Part shown: piece by piece, positions 51,810 to 60,037 of the stretch
Position numbering within the stretch: the first letter of the stretch is position 1
Layout: each line of letters begins with the position of its first letter
Source of the DNA: Acidimicrobiales bacterium
GTDB taxonomy: Bacteria; Actinomycetota; Acidimicrobiia; Acidimicrobiales; JBBRKR01
Direction: 5' to 3'
Assembly: GCA_038231795.1 (NCBI GenBank)
Contig: JBBRKR010000007.1
Coordinates: 104,544-168,543 of the forward strand
Length of the DNA: 64,000 nucleotides
Program-made: the position numbers and the translations under genes
Notes under the pieces: model-generated
The model's database searches: none
Seen by the model: the letters and a program-made list of their open reading frames with translations, nothing else
Told to the model about the DNA's origin: nothing

Positions 51810-51881
51810 GCGCCTCTAGCTCAATGGCAGAGCAATGGACTCTTAATCCACAGGTTCTGGGTTCGAATCCCAGGGGGCGCA
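51810..51881 (+). tRNA. tRNA-Lys(CUU); probable island integration site
   Basis: GCGCCTCTAGCTCAATGG...CTCTTAA...GGTTCGAATCCC...GGGGCGCA; no encoded CCA; integrase follows. Confidence 0.96.
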
Positions 51882-51925
51882 CTACATAACACCAGGTAAA
51901 CGGCACAATAGCCGCCCGCCTTTGC

Positions 51926-51993
51926 AGTCTATCAGCCTAAGGTAGGCGCACCCTTGGCGCGATAGACTCCCCGATAGACTTCGTGATAGACTC
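51926..51993. repeat. GATAGACT motif: 3 direct copies at 12-bp period plus 1 inverted; likely integrase arm-type sites
   Basis: GATAGACT at 51961, 51973, 51985; AGTCTATC at 51926. Confidence 0.75.
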
Positions 51994-51999
51994 GCCCAC

Positions 52000-53463
52000 A
52001 TGGCAGTCGATGGCGATCGCTTCGAGTCGAAGGTGGACCGCACGGGCCCGCATCACCTGTGGACCGGCGCCCGATCAGCGCGGGGAGTCGGCCAGATCCG
52101 CATCGACGGCAGACTTCTTACGGCGCCACGCGTGGCGTGGACTCGAGCCTTCGGCGAACCACCCCCGCGCGCCAAGGTGCTCACCTGCCCTCACGACCCG
52201 GCGTGCGTTCGCGCAGACCACCTCCGACTCGACGTGAACAACTCGAAGGCGACCGGTGCCAAGGCAAGAGCCCGCCCCGGGGCCGGTTCGATGAGCGAGG
52301 TCGGTGATGGATCGTGGAAACTCGTGGTGTCTGCCGGCCGCGACGACACCGGAGCCCGCCGACGCGTGGTGCGGACCGTGCACGGCTCTCGCCAGACCGC
52401 TACCAAAGCACTGGCAGGAGTCGTCACCGAGATCGGCGATGGGTCGCGTCTGGCGCGGCGGACGAACCAGGCCGTGACGGTGAGCGAACTCGTGGCGTGG
52501 TACCTCGACTTCGCGCGCAACGATCGCGGCCTCGAGCACTCGACTCTCACGGGATACTCCGAGGTCTACGACAACTGGATCCACCCTTCTCTGGGCCAGA
52601 AGCGCGCGAGCTCGGTGCAGCCCGGCGACATCGACAAGGTCTTCGGCAAGATGCGACGCGCCGAGCTCTCACGGAGCAGGATGAACAACGCCCGCGCAGT
52701 GCTGAGCGGGGCGTACAAGTGGGGCAAGCGTCACCGCATGGTCGCCGACAACCCGGTCGACGGTTTCGAGTTGCCCACGAGCCTGCGGTCCCCCCGCACC
52801 ACGACGGCACCCGAGATCGAGGAGTTGGTCGGCATCCTCGACGCCGCCGACGAGCATGATCCGATCCTGGCACCCGTGCTCAAACTCGGAGCAACGACGG
52901 GCATGCGCCGCGGCGAGCTCGCCGGCCTGCGTCGCGACCGGTTGCACCTCGACCGCCTCGAGCTCGTCGTCGACACCGCCATCAACGACGCCGGTGGCGT
53001 GGTTGTCGAGAAACCGACCAAGACACACCGCCGGCGAACCGTGAGCATCGACGGCGGCACCGTCGAAATGCTCAGAGACCACCTCGCCCAGATGGATCAG
53101 CGTGCCGCGACCTGTGGAGCTGCCGTTGGCCATGATGCCTTCGTGTTCAGCCTCGACGTGAGATGTGAGACGCCGCTGCGACCCGAGTTCCTGACTCGCC
53201 GAATGCGTGTGCTGCGAGGAACTCTGCCCAACGGGCCGGCCGACTTCGACGCCACCATCTTGGCGCTGCGGAAGTGGACGAGCAGCGAACTGATGGATGC
53301 CGGATTCAATCCGTCGGCCGTGAGCGACCGTCAAGGGCACACCGTGCAGGTCATGCTCCAGCACTACTCGAGCCGGCGACGCTCCGCCGACCGCGCCGCG
53401 GCGGACCATCTCGGTGCCCGCGTCTATGGCTCCACCACAAATCCCCCCGGATTGGACACGTAA
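52000..53463 (+). CDS. int: Tyrosine integrase with N-terminal degenerate HNH/His-Me-like and arm-binding domains
   Basis: TTGMRRGEL, KPTK, LALRK (for HxxR), RQGH, LQHY; N-terminal LWTGA..G.G...APRVAW...G..P...V..C....CVRADHL. Confidence 0.9.
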   Translation: MAVDGDRFESKVDRTGPHHLWTGARSARGVGQIRIDGRLLTAPRVAWTRAFGEPPPRAKVLTCPHDPACVRADHLRLDVNNSKATGAKARARPGAGSMSEVGDGSWKLVVSAGRDDTGARRRVVRTVHGSRQTATKALAGVVTEIGDGSRLARRTNQAVTVSELVAWYLDFARNDRGLEHSTLTGYSEVYDNWIHPSLGQKRASSVQPGDIDKVFGKMRRAELSRSRMNNARAVLSGAYKWGKRHRMVADNPVDGFELPTSLRSPRTTTAPEIEELVGILDAADEHDPILAPVLKLGATTGMRRGELAGLRRDRLHLDRLELVVDTAINDAGGVVVEKPTKTHRRRTVSIDGGTVEMLRDHLAQMDQRAATCGAAVGHDAFVFSLDVRCETPLRPEFLTRRMRVLRGTLPNGPADFDATILALRKWTSSELMDAGFNPSAVSDRQGHTVQVMLQHYSSRRRSADRAAADHLGARVYGSTTNPPGLDT

Positions 53464-53523
53464 CTGCCAGAAAACCGCCCGACAAGTGCTGCGCCCCGAC
53501 GGAATCGCCCTCTGTAAGAGGGT

Positions 53524-53853
53524 ATGCGACGCGCCACCATCCTCAGGCCAGAACCGACGGGCCCGCTGACACTCACGATCTCGGAAACGGCGAACGTGCT
53601 GCGGATCAGCCGGTCGAGTGCCTACGAAGCAGTACGCGTCGGCGATATCCCCGCGCTCCGCATCGGCCATCGCGTCGTCGTGCCCACCGTTTGGGTCGCT
53701 GATCAACTCGGAGTGTCGATCCAGATGATCCGAGTCAGCGACACTCGGCCGACCGGCGAACGCAGGCGTCCAGGCGCGGCATCGCCCAAACGAATCGGCG
53801 GAACGTCCGAGCTTGACAATCCGCTCGGCGTGCCGACAAAGCCAGATCCGTAG
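53524..53853 (+). CDS. Excisionase-like HTH protein
   Basis: LTISETANVLRISRSSAYEAVRVGDIPALRIGHRVVVP. Confidence 0.88.
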   Translation: MRRATILRPEPTGPLTLTISETANVLRISRSSAYEAVRVGDIPALRIGHRVVVPTVWVADQLGVSIQMIRVSDTRPTGERRRPGAASPKRIGGTSELDNPLGVPTKPDP

Positions 53854-53860
53854 TTCCTGT

Positions 53861-53902
53861 CTTCCAAGCTGGCCAGGCGGGTTCGATTCCCGTCACCCGC
53901 TC
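53861..53902 (+). pseudogene. 3' fragment of tRNA-Gly(UCC), att-like
   Basis: CTTCCAAGCTGGCCAGGCGGGTTCGATTCCCGTCACCCGCTC = anticodon loop, T-arm and 3' acceptor strand; 5' half absent. Confidence 0.85.
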
Positions 53903-53951
53903 AATTGTTTGCCCAGTTCAGTGACCATACGTACGTTCTCTAAACTAAAGC

Positions 53952-55382
53952 GGCTCTACGCGGCGAACGCTGGTTGGCGGCCTCGGATTCTGTAGGTGGT
54001 GACGGTAGTCCATTGGATGCCGCAGCCGAGGAGGAGCCGGCGTCTGTAGTTGTCGAAGTTGCGGTAGCCGTGGCCGATCCTTCGGATCTTCTCGATCAGA
54101 AGGTTCACGGCTTCGGTCGGTCCGTTCGACGCGCCGCCGGTGGTGTGGAACGCGAGGACTTGATCGCGCCAGCGGCCGATGGTGTTGGCGAGGCGGGTCA
54201 GCTCGGCCACGTCGGCGTCGGCGGCGTGTTGGAAGAACACGATCAACCGCCGCTTCGCGTGAGCGAGACCGTTCGCGTTGTAGACCTCGCACAGCAACTC
54301 GCGGGCGAGCCAGACCGCAGCGATCTCACCGTCGCGATCACCCGCAGCGAGAACGGCACGCAAGCGTTCCCAGCCGCGGTCGTTCAAGTTCTTCCATGTC
54401 ATCAACAGCAGCCGGCGGATCCCGTAGAGCGGATCTCCTTTGCGACCGCGATGACCTGTCGTGTCTTGCTGCACGCGCCGGCGGACATCGTTCACGGCCT
54501 CTGATGCGAGACGGATCGCGTGGAAGTGATCGAGGACCAACGTCGCGTCGGGCAGGGTGTCGCGGATCGCTGAGGCGTAGCCGGCGAACGCGTCGATCGC
54601 GGCGACGGTGATCTGATCTGGGAACCAGAACGGACGAGACCGAACCCAGTCTCTGACCACGTCACCAGAACGACCTGGGACGGCGTCCAGCAGCCGGCCG
54701 CGGTCGATGTCGACGAACGTCGTGACCATCTGCGTGCGCCGTCGGGCGTTGGCGTGTTGGAAGGTGTGCTCATCGACACCAAGCCCGGTCACATGCTCGA
54801 GCCGTCGATCTGCGGCGATCAACTCGTCGCCGTAGACGATCACGGCCTGATGCGCGCAGAACCAGCCGACACCAAACTCACGGGCCAGCCCCGCGACGGT
54901 GTCGAGATCGGCGCCGACACGACGGCACACCTCCCGTCGGGCACGTTCGGTCAACGATGCGCGAACCCCGATCTGATCGCTGGTCTCGGACCACGACCCG
55001 CGCTCACACAGGGTCTCGCGGCAGCGCCAGGTGCGCTTGGCCCACACCAACACCACGGGCGTCCCAGCGACCGGCAGATCACGTACGAGCACCCGTCGGC
55101 GGCCGTTGCCGACACCGAACACACCACACGACGGACACCCAGCCCGAGTGCGGTCGGTCTCGACGGCGAGCCACCACTCGCCGTCGCGCATCGTCTGAGC
55201 GCGCACCTTGAACGCGCCGAGATTGAACAACACCGACGCGTCCGCGTCGCCACTACCGTTTCCCACGTCGGGGGCCTCCTGGTCTCCATGAATGTCGCAA
55301 TTCACAGAATGCCAAGGCCCCCGACACCCAACGCGGACCCCTATGCCACCGGGACCCGCCTCACACGCCCCCAGCCTTCAAC
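53952..55382 (-). mobile_element. ISL3-family IS; upstream terminal repeat clipped by IS3
   Basis: End GGCTCTACGCGG at 53952; the other end stops at ...CCAGCCTTCAAC against the IS3 IR. Confidence 0.85.
53956..55266 (-). CDS. ISL3 family transposase
   Basis: CPSCG zinc finger, LGVDE, AIDAF, LDHFH, SNGPTEAVN, GYRNFDNY; AGGAGG before GTG 55266. Confidence 0.95.
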   Translation of the reverse strand: MGNGSGDADASVLFNLGAFKVRAQTMRDGEWWLAVETDRTRAGCPSCGVFGVGNGRRRVLVRDLPVAGTPVVLVWAKRTWRCRETLCERGSWSETSDQIGVRASLTERARREVCRRVGADLDTVAGLAREFGVGWFCAHQAVIVYGDELIAADRRLEHVTGLGVDEHTFQHANARRRTQMVTTFVDIDRGRLLDAVPGRSGDVVRDWVRSRPFWFPDQITVAAIDAFAGYASAIRDTLPDATLVLDHFHAIRLASEAVNDVRRRVQQDTTGHRGRKGDPLYGIRRLLLMTWKNLNDRGWERLRAVLAAGDRDGEIAAVWLARELLCEVYNANGLAHAKRRLIVFFQHAADADVAELTRLANTIGRWRDQVLAFHTTGGASNGPTEAVNLLIEKIRRIGHGYRNFDNYRRRLLLGCGIQWTTVTTYRIRGRQPAFAA

Positions 55383-55412
55383 TGAACGTGACCCGAATTC
55401 CTGGACACGGGG

Positions 55413-56303
55413 TTATGGCAGATCGGGCTGTCTATGGCCGTGCCGCCACTTGTCAGCGTACTCAGCTGGGGTGAGGTGGCCGAGGCCGGGTTGGTGGCGT
55501 TGGCGGTTGTAGAAGACCTCGATGAACTCGAACAGGTAGGCGTGAGCGGCGGTGCGGGTCTCGAACCAGATCGAGCCGCGGATCCAGGCGATCTCGACTT
55601 TCAGCCTCGCCCAGAACGTCTCCATCGCGGCGTTGTCGTACGCGTCACCGGTCGATCCGAACGACAACTGCATGTCCGCGTTGCCGGCGGCGAACGCGAA
55701 GTCCAACGACGTGTATTGAGTGCCCTTGTCCGCGTGGTGGATCACGTTGGCGGGGTGGCCGGTGCGGGCCAACGCCATCGTGAACGCGGACACAACCAGC
55801 GCGGCGTCCTGCCGGCCAGCGGTGTCCCAACCAACGATCCCGCGATGGAACAGGTCACGTACCGCAGCGAGGTAGAGCTTGCCGTCGCCGGTCGGGAACT
55901 CGGTGATGTCCGCGACCCACCGCTGGTTCGGGGCGTCGGCACTGAAGTCGCGACGCAACAGGTCCGGCACACCACCAGCGTCAGGGCGATTGCGTCGCCA
56001 CTTCTTCGACGCGTGGGCCCCGACCAGCCCGTTCGCGCGCATCAGCCGGGCGACGCGTGAGCGGGCGACACGATGCCCGCGACGACGCAACTGGCCAACC
56101 ATGCGCGGCACCCCGTACGTGTTGCGCGACCGGGCGTAGATGTCGTAGATCACCTCGAGCAGCACGGCGTCGGCGAGGTCTCGAGCTGACGGTTTGCGGG
56201 TCAGCCATGCGTAGAACGACGACCGAGGGATTTCGGTCAGATCGCACATCCGCTTGACCGGCAGCTCGGTCATGTTGTCCTGGACGAATCGGAAGCGGAT
56301 CAC
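55413..56303 (-). CDS. IS3 family transposase OrfB (DDE)
   Basis: WVADIT, HHADKGTQY, DNAAMETF, FYNRQR. Confidence 0.95.
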   Translation of the reverse strand: MIRFRFVQDNMTELPVKRMCDLTEIPRSSFYAWLTRKPSARDLADAVLLEVIYDIYARSRNTYGVPRMVGQLRRRGHRVARSRVARLMRANGLVGAHASKKWRRNRPDAGGVPDLLRRDFSADAPNQRWVADITEFPTGDGKLYLAAVRDLFHRGIVGWDTAGRQDAALVVSAFTMALARTGHPANVIHHADKGTQYTSLDFAFAAGNADMQLSFGSTGDAYDNAAMETFWARLKVEIAWIRGSIWFETRTAAHAYLFEFIEVFYNRQRHQPGLGHLTPAEYADKWRHGHRQPDLP

Positions 56304-56596
56304 CTCATCGTCTCGCGAGCGAAATATGCGGCGGCCCGCTTCAAGATCTCCTTGTCGGTGCGGAGCTCCACGTTCTCCTTGCGGAGCCGGCGCAACTCGT
56401 CGCGCTCAGACTCGGTCAACGCGTCCGGATCGGCGGCACGCTCAGTCGCATCACGAGTCGCACGGACCCAGTTCCACAACGTGCCCTCAGCAATCCCGAG
56501 CGACCGGGCGACCTCCGCGATCGGACGACCCGACGACGCCACAAGCGCCAACGCGTCCTTTCGGAACTGATCCGGGTACTTCGCTGGACGACCCAT
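56300..56596 (-). CDS. IS3 family transposase OrfA (HTH)
   Basis: KYPDQFRKDA, VARSLGI..GTLWNWV, EILKRAAAYF. Confidence 0.95.
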   Translation of the reverse strand: MGRPAKYPDQFRKDALALVASSGRPIAEVARSLGIAEGTLWNWVRATRDATERAADPDALTESERDELRRLRKENVELRTDKEILKRAAAYFARETMR

Positions 56597-56659
56597 CCGG
56601 GTCTCCTTCCTACACGGTCTCCCGCGTAATCAGGTGTCCAAGAAACCGGGTCACGTTCA

Positions 56660-56810
56660 AGTCCAACGCTCCCGAAGCCTTCAACGACTCCGCGATCTCC
56701 TGTTGCTGCCGGCGGCGCTCCTCACGCTCCGGATCTGTCTTCGTCATAGTCATCAGTGTTCTCCAATCAGTTCGTGACCTGACCCCTTACACACACCATC
56801 TGACACCCCC
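56660..56810 (-). mobile_element. IS256-family 5' stub (element B), truncated by IS3
   Basis: End GGGGTGTCAGATGGTGTGTGTAA; GGAG RBS; MTMTKTDPEREERRRQQQEIAESLKASGALD then the IS3 IR. Confidence 0.7.
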
Positions 56811-57057
56811 AACGGCCAGCACCGATCCGTTCGGACGCTTCGGCCTCGATCAACTGCTGCATTCCCCACTCGGCGAGATGGCGGATCAGATCACCCCCTT
56901 GGCCGACATCGATCGCAGCGCGCAGCTCGGACAAGGCAGACTCGGATAGAGCCATCGGTGTGTTCTCCTTCGTGGGTTCTTGGCGGAACACACCAAGAAT
57001 CACGCCGATGGCTCACCTCACGGTGGACCCCCCAAACCCCACCACTCCACGGGACTC
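56811..57057 (-). mobile_element. IS256-family 5' stub (element A), interrupted by element B
   Basis: End GAGTCCCGTGGAGTGGTG; AAGGAG RBS; MALSESALSELRAAIDVGQGGDLIRHLAEWGMQQLIEAEASERIGAGRW (ATG 56955). Confidence 0.8.
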
Positions 57058-57149
57058 ATACCTCGCCGGAGTACGAAAGCGGCGGACTACGGCCCGAACC
57101 TGCCTCATACGCCGACTCCAGGGCGCCGATATTGCGCGATGATCGACGA

Positions 57150-57447
57150 GTGAGCTCAGGCACCGCTAACACGAACGAGCCGCACGAACTCTCCGGCTCT
57201 GAGATTGAGATGCTGAAGGAGCTGCGCAGAACGTTTGAACCACTCGACCGTTGGCGAACAGTCATTGCGAGTCGACCGGAGCCAACGCCTGACAGCGAAC
57301 TCGCAAAGGACGACCGAGTCTGGCCGTGGACACCTCCGACCTCACTCTGCATCGCCAGCCTCGGCAGCGCGCGTGAACACCTGCACGGTATTCGTCGTCT
57401 GATTGAGACTCGCGAACTGTTCCCGTCGGTCACAAGCACCCTGGCGC
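57150..57447 (+). pseudogene. Truncated hypothetical gene (N-terminal part)
   Basis: Protein-like frame (..PTPDSELAKDDRVWPW..AREHLHG..TLAR) that runs into the antisense of the multicopper oxidase. Confidence 0.55.
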
Positions 57448-58594
57448 GAAGGCGGACAGCGTCGGTGGCGACGAGGTCGCTGTAGACGAGTTCGCGACCC
57501 GACAACTCCGCCGGACGTGACCCGACCGTGGGGGCGGCAGCAGTGCTGCTGGTCCGAAGGACGGCTTCGCCGGCGGGGTCGGACTTGCCCTCGGGGACGG
57601 CGATGATCGGGAACGAACCCGAACCCGCCGTGACGATCACGTCGTATCGCTCGCCCATCCCGAGTACCACGGTGTCGACCTCCACCGGGTTCACCGGGAA
57701 CCCATCAGCATGCGTGACCGTCAAACGATGACCGCCGATGGCGACTCGGTAGGCGGTGTCGGAGCCGGCGTTAATCAACCGGATTCGCACCCGTTGACCA
57801 GGCTTGGCGTCGATCGTCTCGCGGTCCGACGGCGCGCGACCGTTGATCACGTGCAGCGGATAGACAACATCGCCGTTCAGCCCGCCCATCATCGAACCCA
57901 TGTTGCCCATGTCACCTGAGCCCATGTTGCCCATGTTGCCCATGTGTCCGGAGTGGCCGCCGCCGCTCTGCAGCTCCGCAAGCACGTCCTCTTGCGTGCG
58001 GCCGTAGCCGTCGAGCCAGTCGTCGAGCAGCAGCGTCACATCGACATCGGACGCGACCGGATCGTTCGGGTCCTCCACGATCAAGGGTGCGTACAATCCT
58101 CGATCCAGTTCGAGGCCCATGTGGGGATGGAACCAGTAGGTACCGGCGTCGGGCACAGTGAAGCGGTACGTGAACTTCCCAGACGGCTCCACCATCGACT
58201 GAGTCAAGTCGTGCACACCGTCCATGTCATTACGCAACGCGATGCCGTGCCAGTGCAGCGTGTTCCCCGATGGGAGATCGTTCACGAACGTCGCCTCGAT
58301 CAGGTCACCGACCTTCGCTCTGATCCCGCCGGCGCCGGGGCGGTCGCCGAATGCCCATGTCGACACTTCGCGGCCGCCGATGTTCACCGTGACCGGCGCC
58401 GCCGTGACCGTCGACGCAACAGTCGCCGCGCCCGGCGTGCGTCGACGCGCGTCTCGACGCTCGATTGCCGGGTCGGCCGCCTCCACCAGCCGACCACCAG
58501 CCCCCGAACTCGCCGTCGTCCCAGAGCCGCAGGCGACGAGGACCAGCGCACTGCCCCCGGCGATCAACAGCTCCCGTCGCGACAATATGCGCAT
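57448..58594 (-). pseudogene. Multicopper oxidase (MmcO/CopA-like), C-terminally truncated
   Basis: Tat/lipoprotein signal SRRELL...LVAC, HWHG, YWFHPH, Met/His-rich loop; domain 3 motifs (HPxHxH, HCH) absent after VRL. Confidence 0.85.
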
Positions 58595-58661
58595 CTCAGA
58601 TCCCTTCCAGGCGCACGCCAGCAGTTGCCGCGATCGACCGCCGACACGATGCCGGGCCCAT

Positions 58662-58690
58662 GTGGAGATCGTGTGGAGACAGCGTGGAGA
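58662..58690 (-). promoter_or_regulatory. Triple TCTCCAC direct repeat, 11-bp period (OmpR/CopR-type box)
   Basis: GTGGAGA at 58662, 58673, 58684; CATCGT 10 nt downstream toward the oxidase. Confidence 0.7.
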
Positions 58691-58773
58691 CAATCCGCTG
58701 TTCCAGCCATCGCCGAACGCGACCCCGTCAACGTCCGTACCGTGAATGGCAGGACAACTCACGGAGGTGCACC

Positions 58774-59073
58774 ATGCACAACGGAAACTGGAACGAAGCA
58801 ATGCACAACGGCAACTGGGGATGGATCCCGATGATGATCATGATGGTCGCCTTCTGGGGCGGCCTCATCTGGCTGGGTGTGACACTGCTCAAGCGCAACC
58901 ACGCCACCCAACTCCACGCACCCGCAGCGTCACCAATGGCGGTCGGGCACCTAGCGACAGCCTTGAGGCCGACCGCTCAGGAAATCCTGGCCGAGCGCCT
59001 CGCGCGTGGCGAAATCGAAACCGACGACTACATCAAGCGCCTCGAGGCGCTGCGCACCCCGCCCACAACGTGA
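58774..59073 (+). CDS. SHOCT-domain membrane protein
   Basis: GGAGG RBS; MHNGNW twice; TM helix; AQEILAERLARGEIETDDY. Confidence 0.88.
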   Translation: MHNGNWNEAMHNGNWGWIPMMIMMVAFWGGLIWLGVTLLKRNHATQLHAPAASPMAVGHLATALRPTAQEILAERLARGEIETDDYIKRLEALRTPPTT

Positions 59074-59270
59074 CCACACGGGATCCGCCCGATGCAGTCG
59101 AGTTCGCCGGACTGCCCCCAGAGCGAAGCTTCCCGTCGCCGATTTCAGCTCTTGGGTTGCTCCATTCTCGTCCTTCTTCTGGCATCCAAGTGACACGGAG
59201 GGGAACTCTCCATTCGGATTCGGCGACGGTCCGCACTCCGTGGCTGGAAGAACGCGTCACGCACACGGCT

Positions 59271-59288
59271 TCTCCACACAATCTCCAT
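59271..59288 (+). promoter_or_regulatory. TCTCCAC-N4-TCTCCAT box, same motif as 58662
   Basis: 11-bp period; CATCCT 10 nt downstream; precedes the cupredoxin. Confidence 0.65.
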
Positions 59289-59449
59289 ACGACGGGTCCA
59301 TCCTGGGGATGGCGACAGGGAGACGACGAAACATGGCATACCGGCCCGGCATGACATGACTCGTCAGGCCCCGGTCACCCTCGTACCGGTCAAACCCGCC
59401 GACGACACCACCGACACCCTCGAATCAATCCATCCAACCCGGAGACACG

Positions 59450-59914
59450 ATGAACACCCGACGAATCTCAGTCCTGGCAGCTGCAACTATCGCGACACTT
59501 GTGCTCGCCGCCTGCGGCACACAAGGATCGACCGACAACACTGCACCACCTTCTGGTGACGGCAAGAAGGTCATCGAAGTGACCATGACCGACATGGCAT
59601 TCACGCCCACCACCATCGCTGTCAAGGCCGGCGAGACCGTGACGTTGCGCTTCCGCAACGACGGTCAGATAGTTCACGAAGCAGTCGTCGGCGACGCCGC
59701 CCTTCAACAGGAACACGCCGATGAGATGGCCGCCATGGGAACTTCGGACACCATGAACCACGGCAGCTCTGACGAAGCCGCCCCTCTTGTCGTGAAGCCC
59801 GGACAGACAGGCGAGCTGACCTTCACCGCCGTCGCGGCGGGCGGTCTCCTCATCGGCTGCCACCAGCCAGGCCACTGGGAAGCCGGCATGAAAGCATCGA
59901 TCGACGTCACCTGA
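59450..59914 (+). CDS. Cupredoxin (plastocyanin/azurin-like) lipoprotein
   Basis: LAAC lipobox; HEAVVG; GCHQPGHWEAGM type-1 Cu ligands. Confidence 0.92.
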   Translation: MNTRRISVLAAATIATLVLAACGTQGSTDNTAPPSGDGKKVIEVTMTDMAFTPTTIAVKAGETVTLRFRNDGQIVHEAVVGDAALQQEHADEMAAMGTSDTMNHGSSDEAAPLVVKPGQTGELTFTAVAAGGLLIGCHQPGHWEAGMKASIDVT

Positions 59915-60037
59915 CCCGCGCCCATGCGCATCCAAAAAGCCACCACTATCGACGGTGGACGAGCATCACCCGGCCTCCTTTGTGCCGCAAACACGCGTGA
60001 CTCGCAATGCAACTGTCATATTGGTAATCTTTCCGTC

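Larger units (their letters stand above)
55383..56659 (-). mobile_element. IS3-family IS, complete
   Basis: 26-bp IRs TGAACGTGACCCGAATTCCTGGACAC and (reverse complement) TGAACGTGACCCGGTTTCTTGGACAC; TG..CA ends; flanks AAC/AGT do not match (no TSD). Confidence 0.95.

Noticed and set aside
53840-53905. Functional tRNA-Gly
   Set aside because: No 5' acceptor strand or D-arm; kept as an att-like fragment
57056-58801. Intact 581-aa multicopper oxidase
   Set aside because: The last ~130 aa are antisense read-through without copper ligands, and the real start is 58594
59309-59559. Leader peptides upstream of the cupredoxin (MATGRRRNMAYRPGMT and a 67-aa ORF)
   Set aside because: No RBS or recognisable features; cannot be supported from sequence alone
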